Below are positions 39,984 through 49,700 of a stretch of 64,000 nucleotides of DNA, in pieces (within the stretch, counting starts at the first letter, position 1; the number at the start of each line of letters is the position of its first letter). The notes below the pieces were generated by a model. It did no database searches, had not been told where the DNA came from, and worked only from the letters and a program-made list of their open reading frames with translations. Origin of the DNA: an uncultured Thermoproteaceae archaeon (lineage in GTDB: Archaea > Thermoproteota > Thermoprotei > Thermoproteales > Thermocladiaceae). The stretch is from assembly GCA_964575955.1 (NCBI GenBank), contig CAZNTG010000006.1, positions 224,001 through 288,000 of the forward strand, in the 5' to 3' direction. A program made the translations under genes and the position numbers.

Positions 39984-41705
39984 CTAACCACCAACAACCT
40001 TTCTAAACAACAGCACAGCATCACCAATATCAAGCCTACCATTATGATTTAAATCACATGGAACATTACTACGGTATAGACCAACAAGAATCTCTAACAA
40101 CAACTTAACATCGTTAAGATCAAGCTTACTATTATGATCAAAATCGCACTCCAGGACAGTAACCTTATGGAACTGTATATGTACAAGATATGTTGAATGT
40201 ATAGCATGGATATCTCTACCAATAACGACAAGCTTCAAACTTCCACTACCGACATATATATGAGACATGTTTTCTAACCTCACAAAACTACCATTGATAT
40301 AGGCGTAAAGTAGAACATCATTCTTAGAAGGAGTACATTCTTCATAACTGTAATCTGCATAGCCAACTTTTTCATATTTAAAACATCTCAAAACACTATA
40401 CTTAACAACGTACATACCCGCACCATCTAGATTAACAGTGTAGTAATTAGCAGCTCTAGAAGAAATATTTACATAGAAGTCTGAACCTTCAACATTAAAC
40501 GAAGGCTTGTATCTTCTTATAGGTTTAAATCCATTAGCCATATCTACATAGGCAGAATATAGTGCAGAAAGTACAGACCTCTCATAGAACGGTGTAGCAT
40601 TAGTATACAACATATACATGGTTTCAGAATTAAGTCCATAGATATCAAATATATACCACACCAACGGTGCATACAGATACGAATAGTCGTACACTTCTGA
40701 GGAACAATAATCATAACATTCTGAAGGATATCTCCCACTGTTTATACACGCCTTATAGCAATTAACAAACTTCGCATATATAAACCAGGCTGGATCTGTA
40801 ACATACATATGATAATACTCCAGATAATCCTGAGACCACCCTTGTAATCCTGGAAATATTGTATGATTCCATACGAAGTATGGTGCAGCAACAGCTCCAC
40901 CTTCAATTAGCCATAAATTATTTAATCCATAATACTGATAATCTAGATACTTATTACTCTTTACATAATAGTCCTGAGCCACATGAAATAGCTCGTGCGT
41001 TATAGTCTCCTTGAGTTGATCCAGTGGATTGTAGCTTATCTGTGTTGTGTTTATTCCTATGCGGTCTATACACACTTTAGTAATCCTTTCAGTAGTTGGG
41101 TAATAATAATATACGTAGTATGTTATCCCGAGTGTTGAACCTCCTAAGTAATGTATCACTATTACGTACTTGTTTCCTATGCATGGTGGTGCTAGTTTTA
41201 TTCCATGTGAGGTGTACCATCTATATGCGTAGTATGCATATTTTGCTAAGTCTTGTATTGTATATCCTTTTGGTTCTTCAATTGCTGCTACTATGAATGG
41301 TCCAATCTGGTATATGTCTGTTTCAACGTTTTTAACAGCAACAATCTCTAGTACAAGTTTGTTACTTGAGTAAGATTCTGCGGATACTACAAGTCTGTAT
41401 AGGCTAGGTCTAGGTATCGATAAGTTTATTAATATTGTCTTCTCCTCATAAGGGCTTAATGTAATCTGTAATGTTTCACTCTGTGCTATTATACTTCTTA
41501 AGACATCTTTCAATACTATGTCTAGTGTTGTTGTTATGTATGTGTCTTCTGTGTTTTGTATTGTTATTGGTATCTGTACATTTCCAATATTCTCGATATA
41601 TATTGTCTTTTCTGATTTTAATACTATGTATGCACTTGCTGTTAATGTTATGGTTAGTGTAAGTATTATGGATATTATCAATATGTAGTGTATAATGTTC
41701 TTCAT
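39984..41705 (-). CDS. Secreted zinc metallopeptidase-like protein with C-terminal dockerin-type repeat
   Basis: Signal peptide, Ig-like region, THELFH (HExxH) plus WLIEG, C-terminal DFDHNSKLDLND / DLNHNGRLDIGD calcium-binding repeats. Confidence 0.7.
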   Translation of the reverse strand: MKNIIHYILIISIILTLTITLTASAYIVLKSEKTIYIENIGNVQIPITIQNTEDTYITTTLDIVLKDVLRSIIAQSETLQITLSPYEEKTILINLSIPRPSLYRLVVSAESYSSNKLVLEIVAVKNVETDIYQIGPFIVAAIEEPKGYTIQDLAKYAYYAYRWYTSHGIKLAPPCIGNKYVIVIHYLGGSTLGITYYVYYYYPTTERITKVCIDRIGINTTQISYNPLDQLKETITHELFHVAQDYYVKSNKYLDYQYYGLNNLWLIEGGAVAAPYFVWNHTIFPGLQGWSQDYLEYYHMYVTDPAWFIYAKFVNCYKACINSGRYPSECYDYCSSEVYDYSYLYAPLVWYIFDIYGLNSETMYMLYTNATPFYERSVLSALYSAYVDMANGFKPIRRYKPSFNVEGSDFYVNISSRAANYYTVNLDGAGMYVVKYSVLRCFKYEKVGYADYSYEECTPSKNDVLLYAYINGSFVRLENMSHIYVGSGSLKLVVIGRDIHAIHSTYLVHIQFHKVTVLECDFDHNSKLDLNDVKLLLEILVGLYRSNVPCDLNHNGRLDIGDAVLLFRKVVGG

Positions 41706-41757
41706 GGGAGGTCTATTCTCAGAAATATTTTTAAGTGTTGTCAATGTGACTACATGT

Positions 41758-42210
41758 ATGAGGTTTTGGTCTCTAATTGGTGTGGTGATTGTTGTTTTGG
41801 GACTTGTAATTTTTGGAGGTTATTTAGCTCTTGTTAAGAGTGTTAAGAATGTGAATGTTAAGTCTAAGATTTCCATGATGGAGGAGTTTGAGAGGTGTGT
41901 TAGTATGGGTGTTAGGGTTAGTGTTGTGCCAAATACTACTATACTAACCGTTAGTCTAGATCCTAAGTATTGTACAGAAGATCTACTTGAGATATACCCT
42001 ATAAGGATTGTTGAGGTATATCTAACACCTCCACATGATGGTAAGATTGTTGTGTGTAGTAGGAAGGTTAATATATCTGTCCCATATGGTGGTGAGGTTT
42101 ATGTTACTCCATGTACACCAAACATTCCTGGTGTTTTTAGGATTTGTGTGAAGTTTAATGTTGGTAAGGTTGTGTGTTTAAATAATACTTTTGTTGGTGT
42201 TTGGAAGTAA
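41758..42210 (+). CDS. Hypothetical membrane-anchored Cys-rich protein
   Basis: N-terminal TM helix, six Cys; divergent from the peptidase. Confidence 0.5.
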   Translation: MRFWSLIGVVIVVLGLVIFGGYLALVKSVKNVNVKSKISMMEEFERCVSMGVRVSVVPNTTILTVSLDPKYCTEDLLEIYPIRIVEVYLTPPHDGKIVVCSRKVNISVPYGGEVYVTPCTPNIPGVFRICVKFNVGKVVCLNNTFVGVWK

Positions 42211-42249
42211 CGACACGTTTAAATATTTCAAATTTTCGATAGGGTTGAC

Positions 42250-42765
42250 ATGTCTTCTGAAGAGAAGATTTCTGAAGCTAGTGTTGAGGAGAAGCCTGGT
42301 GAGGTTAAGGTTGAGGAGAAGCTTCCAATATCTATACAAGTTCCTGAGCTTAGACCTGTACAGACTAGTATTGGTGGTAGAAAGCTTAGATGGGGTATAG
42401 CACACATATATAGTAGCTATAACAACACGATAATCATAATAACAGACCTGACAGGAGCTGAAACAGCAGCTAGAGTAAGTGGTGGTCAAGTAGTTAAAGC
42501 AGACAGAGACAAGCCAAGCCCATACGCAGCAATGATGGCAGCATACAAAGCAGCACAAATAGCAATGGCTAGAGGAATAAACGCAGTACACATAAAAGTA
42601 AGAGCACCAGGAGGATACGGACCAAAAACACCAGGACCAGGAGCAGCAGCAGCAATAAGAGCACTAGCAAGGGCAGGACTAATAATAGGAAGAATAGAAG
42701 ACGTAACACCAATACCACACGACATAATACGGCCGCCTGGCGGAAGGAGGGGTAGAAGGGTGTAA
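42250..42765 (+). CDS. rps11: 30S ribosomal protein uS11
   Basis: [43 protein letters not shown]. Confidence 0.97.
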   Translation: MSSEEKISEASVEEKPGEVKVEEKLPISIQVPELRPVQTSIGGRKLRWGIAHIYSSYNNTIIIITDLTGAETAARVSGGQVVKADRDKPSPYAAMMAAYKAAQIAMARGINAVHIKVRAPGGYGPKTPGPGAAAAIRALARAGLIIGRIEDVTPIPHDIIRPPGGRRGRRV

Positions 42766-43100
42766 TACGTAATACATACATCAATAATACATTCATGTTC
42801 CTTAGAAGTACTTACTATTATACTTCTCTTACTGCTTTCTCTGTTAACATTCATTTTAATAGTTTAATTATAATGATTTTAAAACTGATAATGCATTTCA
42901 ATTTTGTAACGGTTTATGATACATTGTTAACTGTTAAACGTTTTATTGAGCTTAATATCCCTAGACAATGTGGTAAATTAGTTTGAGAATGAGTTTATTT
43001 TTTAACTATGTTCTTGACAATATAGTTCTTAGGATGGAGACATTAAGTATCTATTTTTAGCTTCCCTATTAATTAGAAGGAGTTGCTGAAGCTAAGACAT

Positions 43101-44954
43101 CTATTTAACATCGATGTCGCTTAACAGTCTCTCTATTTCATTATCTCTACTCTTCAGTTCTTCAAATCTTGCCATTAATATTCTTAGTAGTTGTCCTTGT
43201 AAGTCTTTCAATGTTGCTATTACGTCTTTATCAATCAATCCTAGCTTGAGTAAGATGTATAACAGTTCAATTTTACCTTTCGTGACCTCTACTAATGCTG
43301 ATTTTGTACGTCTTCTTGCACCTAGTCCATGATTTCTAAGTATTTTAACGACCTCATCAGCGATCTTTGCAAGCTTAATGTCTCTGTTACTATATTGGTT
43401 ATTCTTGGAAAATTTTAGGTACACTATAAGTCTCCTCTCGCCTCTACTTTTCCAAATTCCAATCTTTCCCCTAATTGAAACTCCAAGACTTTTTGTAAAT
43501 GCAATTACTTCCTTTATTGCATCGATTACCATCCTTGGATCTACAATCGATTTTTCAATCATATGTGTCGTAATCCTTTCATTAAGTATGCCGATTCTAC
43601 CACGTCTTACAGAATGCTGCATGAGAATGCTTAACGCATATCGAGTCTTGGGAGATAACCACATTGTGACGACAAGTTTCTCATTTTGGAAGCCATTTAT
43701 CTTTATCAGTTTCTTAGCTTCAAGATATTTCAAAAGAAGCAGTGATGCAAATCCCTTCACAGTATATGGTGCAAGTGCTATACCTACACCATAATCATCT
43801 TCTCCTCTCTTTATAACTACACCATCTCCATCGAACTCTCCTGCTAATGCCTTAATTTCATCATTTAAGTAAGTGCTTATCAAGTCCTTAGACTGTTCAG
43901 CCAAGGCATCTATTTCCTCAAAATTGATCTCCCCCTTTATGTACATTGCTCTGAGTGTAGCATTTATATCCTTAACTTTGCCTCCCTGTATTTCAACTCC
44001 GCGAGATTTCAGATAGCTAGCTAGTATACTCTTAGCCAAGCCTAATATCTGCCTAATTCTTCTAATTATGTAGTCTATTTCTGGTATTTCTTGTTTAAAT
44101 AATTCTTGTGCTATGTAGTTGCTGCATGTTGCTACTATGTGTAATTTTCCTGTTTTGTTGTCTTTTCCTGTTATTTTCAGTTTTATGAATCCTAATGCTT
44201 TTGTGATTGTTGTTGGTAGTTCGTGTCTTGTTGTTCCATATTCTAGAATGTCTACGTTGTTTTCTACTATTATGCTTGTTATTCCGTCACATATTGTTAA
44301 CCATGTTATATAGTCGATATTTTCCCGAATTCTTCTCCTAATCTCATCAATTGTTATGGGTAGCTTAATGTAGAGATTTCCAAATTCTTCTTTTAATTCT
44401 TCAATTACTTTCTTCTCATTTTCATATTTCTGTAATAGTTTTTTAAATTTTTCATTTACATACTCTATAAACTTTTTGTAGAATTTTTCTAATTCTTGTT
44501 CAGGTATTTCACAAATTATATAACCCTGCTCTATCTTCCTCAATTCTTTCTCAATACTTTCTCTCACCTTAACAGGTGCTTTATCTGGTATTAACTCTCT
44601 CAAAATACCGAGTTTATATAAAATTACTGCAAGCTCCTCCTTACCTCTTCTAACAGTTATGAAAGTATCTCTACTTCGTACATAAGCTCCATAACCCAAC
44701 CTTCTCAATTCTTCACACACTTCTCTAGCTATTTGAGTAGATGTAACCTTAGGAGATTTAAAATAGATCCTAAGTTCATAATTAACACTCCTACCACCTC
44801 TAACTTTCTGACAAGCCCATCTAGCAAATACAGTAGCACCATACCTACTCACAATATCAGAAAAGATTCTCAAAACATTAACTACACACTCATTATTAAA
44901 TACCTCTCTACAAAAAATCTCAACACTCTCTACCTCATGTAGAGAGTCTCTCAT
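43101..44954 (-). CDS. Large LAGLIDADG-like (homing endonuclease fold) protein
   Basis: ALAGEFDGDGVV motif, degenerate ITWLTICDGI motif, basic flanking repeats such as LRRLGYGAYVR / LRNHGLGARRR. Confidence 0.55.
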   Translation of the reverse strand: MRDSLHEVESVEIFCREVFNNECVVNVLRIFSDIVSRYGATVFARWACQKVRGGRSVNYELRIYFKSPKVTSTQIAREVCEELRRLGYGAYVRSRDTFITVRRGKEELAVILYKLGILRELIPDKAPVKVRESIEKELRKIEQGYIICEIPEQELEKFYKKFIEYVNEKFKKLLQKYENEKKVIEELKEEFGNLYIKLPITIDEIRRRIRENIDYITWLTICDGITSIIVENNVDILEYGTTRHELPTTITKALGFIKLKITGKDNKTGKLHIVATCSNYIAQELFKQEIPEIDYIIRRIRQILGLAKSILASYLKSRGVEIQGGKVKDINATLRAMYIKGEINFEEIDALAEQSKDLISTYLNDEIKALAGEFDGDGVVIKRGEDDYGVGIALAPYTVKGFASLLLLKYLEAKKLIKINGFQNEKLVVTMWLSPKTRYALSILMQHSVRRGRIGILNERITTHMIEKSIVDPRMVIDAIKEVIAFTKSLGVSIRGKIGIWKSRGERRLIVYLKFSKNNQYSNRDIKLAKIADEVVKILRNHGLGARRRTKSALVEVTKGKIELLYILLKLGLIDKDVIATLKDLQGQLLRILMARFEELKSRDNEIERLLSDIDVK

Positions 44955-45218
44955 ATCAATCCAATACTTAAGAAATTAATAAGACCCTACACTTAACTAA
45001 GATACTTCATCATCATTTTATTACGCTGACATAAAGCTAAATTATAACTCAGTAAGAACATTATGTTATTAATTACTATTGAATTAAGTGTGATACTTAA
45101 CATGCTGAATTTTCCTTATTACTCTCTAGCTGCGAGTACAATATCTAAAACTTTCTAAAGTCACTATATTACGAATACCTCAATGCCAAACTTAATAAAC
45201 CTCTAAAGATTTAACGTA

Positions 45219-45269
45219 TCAGTCCCGGGAGAATATTCTTCATCAATCAGTCCCGAGGTATCTCTTCAT
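45219..45269 (-). ncRNA. Box C/D guide sRNA
   Basis: Minus strand ATGAAGA-GATACCTCGGGA-CTGA-ttg-ATGAAGA-ATATTCTCCCGGGA-CTGA. Confidence 0.8.
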
Positions 45270-45285
45270 TAGTACAACTTTAACG

Positions 45286-45335
45286 ATGATGAGACTTCAG
45301 GAGCTCTAAGGTATGATGAAGGTATGGGCGACTGA
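45286..45335 (+). ncRNA. Box C/D guide sRNA
   Basis: ATGATGA-GACTTCAGGAGCT-CTAA-ggt-ATGATGA-AGGTATGGGCGA-CTGA. Confidence 0.82.
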
Positions 45336-45355
45336 AATTTAGAGTACTCTACTCT

Positions 45356-45433
45356 TGGTGCCCCGGCCGGGATTTGAACCCGGGTCACGGGCTCGAAAGG
45401 CCCGCATACTTGACCGGGCTATACTACCGGGGC
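45356..45433 (-). tRNA. tRNA-Glu (TTC), CCA encoded, no intron
   Basis: GCCCCGG...CCGGGGC acceptor stem, CGGGC-CTTTCGA-GCCCG anticodon arm, GGTTCAAATCC T arm. Confidence 0.97.
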
Positions 45434-45494
45434 TTTTTTGTCTATTGTGTATGGTATGTATAAGTTTTTAAGGGTTTCTCTTGTTTTTATTGTT

Positions 45495-46472
45495 ATGGTG
45501 TTTAAGTGTTCTGTTTCTGATTTGTGGATTGTTGAACCTGCTATTCTATGTGTTGGTAATAAGTTTCATCCTTGTGCTGTTCTTGTTCCTCTTGATGATG
45601 ATGTTGGTAGAGAGATTATTAGACATGTAGTTGATATGGGTGTTGCTATTGCAGGTTTTTGTAAGACTGCAAATATCGGTATTGAGAAAGTTATCTGTAA
45701 TGTTCTTGCAAATCCAAATATTAGGTGGATAGTTGTTGCTGGTAATGAAAATCCTGGACATAGATCAGGTAAGGCAATAATAATGCTTCATAGATATGGT
45801 GTTGATCCAAAAACTAGAAGAATAAAATGTGGTGAAGATACAATATGTAGAGATATACCGACAGGATATATACCAAACATACCACTTGAAGCAATAGAAA
45901 GATTTAGAAGACAGGTAAAAATTATAGACATATTGATAGACGGTAGAGAAGTTACAGAAGAAAATGTACTAGAATTAACATGTCTAGCAGTATATGGAAC
46001 AATACAAGAACCAAAAAATATGTATAAAATAAAGATAAAAAATGTAGAATACAAACTATTTGACCCAGGAGCATTCGATACAAAACCATACAAAATAACA
46101 ATAACAGAAAAATGTGAAAAACCGATAGAAATAGTAGGAATAGACCATGCACACATAAGAATATTCGACAAAGAAGAAATAGAGAAAGAACTTAAGAAAA
46201 TTATAAGATATGGAATATGTAGAAACATAGTAATAATATATGGAAAATATGTAGAGAGAGATGTGAAGATTAGAGAGAAAATAATACAAAATAACAACAT
46301 GATAGCATATGTGGAAGAATTTGAAAAACATGTAGATATTAGAGGAGTAGTAATAAGACCACTAAAAATAAACGATATTAAGGAAATTATAGATACATTA
46401 GAAGAGGAGTATAAGGGCAAGGACATACACATTATATTGACAATATCTAAGATATCTAACAATGCCAAATAA
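45495..46472 (+). CDS. Stand-alone MtrA-like corrinoid-binding protein with extra C-terminal domain
   Basis: AIAGFCKTANIGIEKVICNVLANPNIRW, GNENPGHRSG (cobalt-ligand His position), IPNIPLEAIERFRRQV, DPGAF. Confidence 0.8.
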   Translation: MVFKCSVSDLWIVEPAILCVGNKFHPCAVLVPLDDDVGREIIRHVVDMGVAIAGFCKTANIGIEKVICNVLANPNIRWIVVAGNENPGHRSGKAIIMLHRYGVDPKTRRIKCGEDTICRDIPTGYIPNIPLEAIERFRRQVKIIDILIDGREVTEENVLELTCLAVYGTIQEPKNMYKIKIKNVEYKLFDPGAFDTKPYKITITEKCEKPIEIVGIDHAHIRIFDKEEIEKELKKIIRYGICRNIVIIYGKYVERDVKIREKIIQNNNMIAYVEEFEKHVDIRGVVIRPLKINDIKEIIDTLEEEYKGKDIHIILTISKISNNAK

Positions 46473-47301
46473 TTAAAAAGTTATTAACTTTAATAAGCTT
46501 ATCTAGAGATTCTACAATAATACCATCACGAGAGTTTAATTTAGATAACTTACCAAAAATCTTACTTCTACAAATATCTACAATAGATACATAATCAACT
46601 ATAGACAACCTCTCTAATATACTGTAGATGTTGTCAATATTTTCTAAAAATCTTAAAAGAGTCTTCTTAAGATTCCTATATACATATCTAGAAGCTTTAT
46701 CAACATTTTTAACATAACTCTTAACATTACTATACTCATAGTCAAATATTAATAAATCTACAATCTCAGACACTACAATATTTAAATCAAGTATTCTCTT
46801 AAAAAACTCTTCTAAAAATGTATATTCTATCGTATCAACATCTAATGCTATTGATATTGGTTCACTATTAACGATTTGTATATCTACAAACTTACTCAAC
46901 TTGTAGTATAGGTCGATTGAAGCTATTGGATATTTCACAAATTTAACAACTATCTTATTATTCTCAAGAGATAATTCTTCAAATGTTGATATGTATGTTA
47001 GATATTGTGCACATTCTTCATATGTTTCAGGTTGTATATATTCTACAACTATCTTCAATATATGCAATGATATTGGTATCTTTTTAATACTTCTATATAT
47101 ATTAAAAATCTTCTTTATAATTTTAAAAGCTATATTCCATATTGATATTTCAGAATTTTCCTTAAACATTTTTAAGATTTCTAAATCTTCTACATTTGAA
47201 ACTTCTTTAAGAATATCTCTAATCTTTATGGTATTGCTACCCTTCTCCAACTTCTCTATCAATATTTTAGCTATGTTTTGTGTAATTTTATAACTCTCCA
47301 T
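46456..47301 (-). CDS. Hypothetical protein
   Basis: 281-aa ORF, no recognised motif. Confidence 0.5.
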   Translation of the reverse strand: MESYKITQNIAKILIEKLEKGSNTIKIRDILKEVSNVEDLEILKMFKENSEISIWNIAFKIIKKIFNIYRSIKKIPISLHILKIVVEYIQPETYEECAQYLTYISTFEELSLENNKIVVKFVKYPIASIDLYYKLSKFVDIQIVNSEPISIALDVDTIEYTFLEEFFKRILDLNIVVSEIVDLLIFDYEYSNVKSYVKNVDKASRYVYRNLKKTLLRFLENIDNIYSILERLSIVDYVSIVDICRSKIFGKLSKLNSRDGIIVESLDKLIKVNNFLIIWHC

Positions 47302-47362
47302 TTTCTAGAATAGCTCTTTTTAAATGATATTATAGGTAGTTGTCTAGTATTCTTTATCTACA

Positions 47363-47818
47363 CTATTTCGAAAGTTTTGATTTTACTATTCTATCTTTGA
47401 TAACATATTCAACTTCTCTACCATCTCTAGATCTATCTACAATATTTAGAGAATATCCTGATGATAGTTTATCTGTATCTAACTTCAATACTTCTAAATT
47501 TTCTACAACAATCTCCTGATATCTAACATATCTTAATGCTCCTGTTGGACATAAATCAACACATAATTCACAGAATATACATTTTGAATAGTCTATACAG
47601 GGCATGTATATACCTTTAATATATTTTAGATCTATTGCTTTTGCAGGACATATCTTACAACATTGTCTACATCCTACACATTTAACCTTCTCAAAAATTA
47701 TTACACCTCTATAATTTTCTGGTATTCTTCTATACTCATCAGGATAGTTTACACTAATTCTTCTAGGTCTTATTAGGTGTTTTAGTGCTTCTATAAATGG
47801 TCCTACAATATCTTTCAT
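47363..47818 (-). CDS. NuoI/EchF-like 2x[4Fe-4S] subunit
   Basis: SVNYPDE, YRG, CVGCRQCCKICP, CIFCELCVDLCP. Confidence 0.85.
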   Translation of the reverse strand: MKDIVGPFIEALKHLIRPRRISVNYPDEYRRIPENYRGVIIFEKVKCVGCRQCCKICPAKAIDLKYIKGIYMPCIDYSKCIFCELCVDLCPTGALRYVRYQEIVVENLEVLKLDTDKLSSGYSLNIVDRSRDGREVEYVIKDRIVKSKLSK

Positions 47819-47820
47819 AT

Positions 47821-48246
47821 CTAGCTTATAATCTTCCTATATACTTCCTCTAAGTTAATATCTTTCTTAACTACACTACGCCACCAATCTGCAAGTTTTA
47901 TATCTTCAGGTGAGTATCTAGGTATTACATGTACATGTAGATGCATTATCTCTTGATTAGCAGCTTTACCAACATTATGTAAAATATTTACACCAGAAGC
48001 ACCAAGTTTCTCCATTAGTAGTTTAGATACTTTCTGTATAGCAATTATGAGATTTTTTAAAGTTTCTTCATCTGCATTTAAAATATTTTCAACATGTTTT
48101 TTAGTTACTACAAGTGTATGTCCTGGATTTATTGGATTAATATCTAGAAATGCTACACAATAATCGTCTTCATATATTTTATAAGCTTTCAATTCACCAC
48201 GAACAATCTTACAAAATACACACTCAACCATATAGCACAATCTCAC
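47821..48246 (-). CDS. HIT family hydrolase
   Basis: CVFCKI, FLDINP, PGHTLV, HLHVHVIPR. Confidence 0.93.
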   Translation of the reverse strand: MRLCYMVECVFCKIVRGELKAYKIYEDDYCVAFLDINPINPGHTLVVTKKHVENILNADEETLKNLIIAIQKVSKLLMEKLGASGVNILHNVGKAANQEIMHLHVHVIPRYSPEDIKLADWWRSVVKKDINLEEVYRKIIS

Positions 48247-48354
48247 ATTGACACCTATTCAAACTTACCTAGGAAGTACATAGAAACTATAGGTATATGA
48301 TACTAATACTCCCATAAGGATAGGTTTATAAATAGGAGAGTAGTAGTACTACCA

Positions 48355-48699
48355 ATGTTCCTAGATGTTGGAAAGGCTTACATGTTTAGAAGACGTTCAT
48401 GTATGATAGTTAGATTATTAAACACTATAAGTGAGATGATTATCAAATTTGGAAGAGATCCTTATACTCGTGAGGTTTTGAGATGGTTAAGATCGTGGGG
48501 TTATGGACATCAAACATTAAAATTAGCAGAAAAACTAGGACTAATAAACAGATATGAAGGATATCTAATTAGAGGTAAGGCGAAGATTAAAGTAGTATTC
48601 AATACAATTACGGAACTTGGATATGCAATATTAGACATATTTAGAAAAATGAATAAATATGAAGATGATGAAGACAGTGAAAATGATGAAGATAATTGA
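48355..48699 (+). CDS. Small winged-helix-like protein with acidic tail
   Basis: TLKLAEKLGLI...NTITELG pattern. Confidence 0.5.
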   Translation: MFLDVGKAYMFRRRSCMIVRLLNTISEMIIKFGRDPYTREVLRWLRSWGYGHQTLKLAEKLGLINRYEGYLIRGKAKIKVVFNTITELGYAILDIFRKMNKYEDDEDSENDEDN

Positions 48700-48927
48700 A
48701 AGAAAGTATTAGACGAATTCAACTAAAACATGCATAGCTTTCCCTAGCTTATATTCTCAAAAGGTTCTAGAGAACCTTTCAATTATTCGAAATTTTCTTC
48801 TTTTCCTGTTTTTCTTTTGTTTGAGGAGGCGTTTCTAAAGATTGGAAACGCTCTTCACGTTTCGCCTAAAATTCCTGTTAAGCATTTCGATGGGATTATT
48901 TTTATTTTCTCTATGTATTGTTTTTCT

Positions 48928-49683
48928 ATGCCTTATGCTAAGAGGATTATTCCTTGTCTTGATGTTGATAAGGATGTTGTTGTTAAGGGTGTTAAGTTTG
49001 AGAATTTGAGAGTTGTTGGTGATCCTGTTGAGCTTGCTGCTAGGTATGAGGAGGAGGGTGCTGATGAGCTTGTGATTCTTGATGTTACTGCTAGTGTTGA
49101 GGGTAGGAAGACTTTTATTGAGACTGTTCGTAATGTTTGTTCTGTTGTTACTATTCCTGTAACTGTTGGTGGTGGTATTAAGAGTCTTGAAGATGCTTCT
49201 AGATTATTTAATGCAGGTGCTGATAAGGTTAGTATTAATACTGGTGCTGTACAGAGACCTGAACTTATAACTGAGATATCTAGAGAATATGGTAGACAGG
49301 CAACAGTTGTAGCTATAGATGCTAAGAAATGTGGAGATAGTTGGGAAGTATATATAAAGGCAGGTAAAGTACCTACAGGACTAGACGCAATAGAGTGGGC
49401 TATAGAAGCAGTTAAGAGAGGTGCAGGAGAACTACTAGTAACAAGTATAGATGCAGATGGAACAAAACAAGGATACGACATAGAACTATATAAGAGATTG
49501 AAAAATGTCATAACAGTACCAATAATAGCATCAGGAGGTGCAGGAAAAATAGAACACTTCTACGAAGTATTAAAAATAGCAGATGCAGCACTAGCAGCAA
49601 GCCTATTCCACTTCAGGATGATAGAAATACCAAAACTCAAAAAATACCTACAAGAAAAAGGAATACCAATAAGACCAATATAG
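48928..49683 (+). CDS. hisF: Imidazole glycerol phosphate synthase cyclase subunit
   Basis: AKRIIPCLDV, VVKGV, GADEL, VGGGI, SIDADGTKQGYD, IASGGAG. Confidence 0.96.
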   Translation: MPYAKRIIPCLDVDKDVVVKGVKFENLRVVGDPVELAARYEEEGADELVILDVTASVEGRKTFIETVRNVCSVVTIPVTVGGGIKSLEDASRLFNAGADKVSINTGAVQRPELITEISREYGRQATVVAIDAKKCGDSWEVYIKAGKVPTGLDAIEWAIEAVKRGAGELLVTSIDADGTKQGYDIELYKRLKNVITVPIIASGGAGKIEHFYEVLKIADAALAASLFHFRMIEIPKLKKYLQEKGIPIRPI

Positions 49684-49700
49684 AGCTATCATTTCAAAAC

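Noticed and set aside
44960-45020. ATGATGA C box on the minus strand
   Set aside because: No D' or D box at the expected spacing; AT-rich
43000-45433. Integrated element at tRNA-Glu 3' end
   Set aside because: No duplicated tRNA fragment (att site) or integrase found near the LAGLIDADG-like gene
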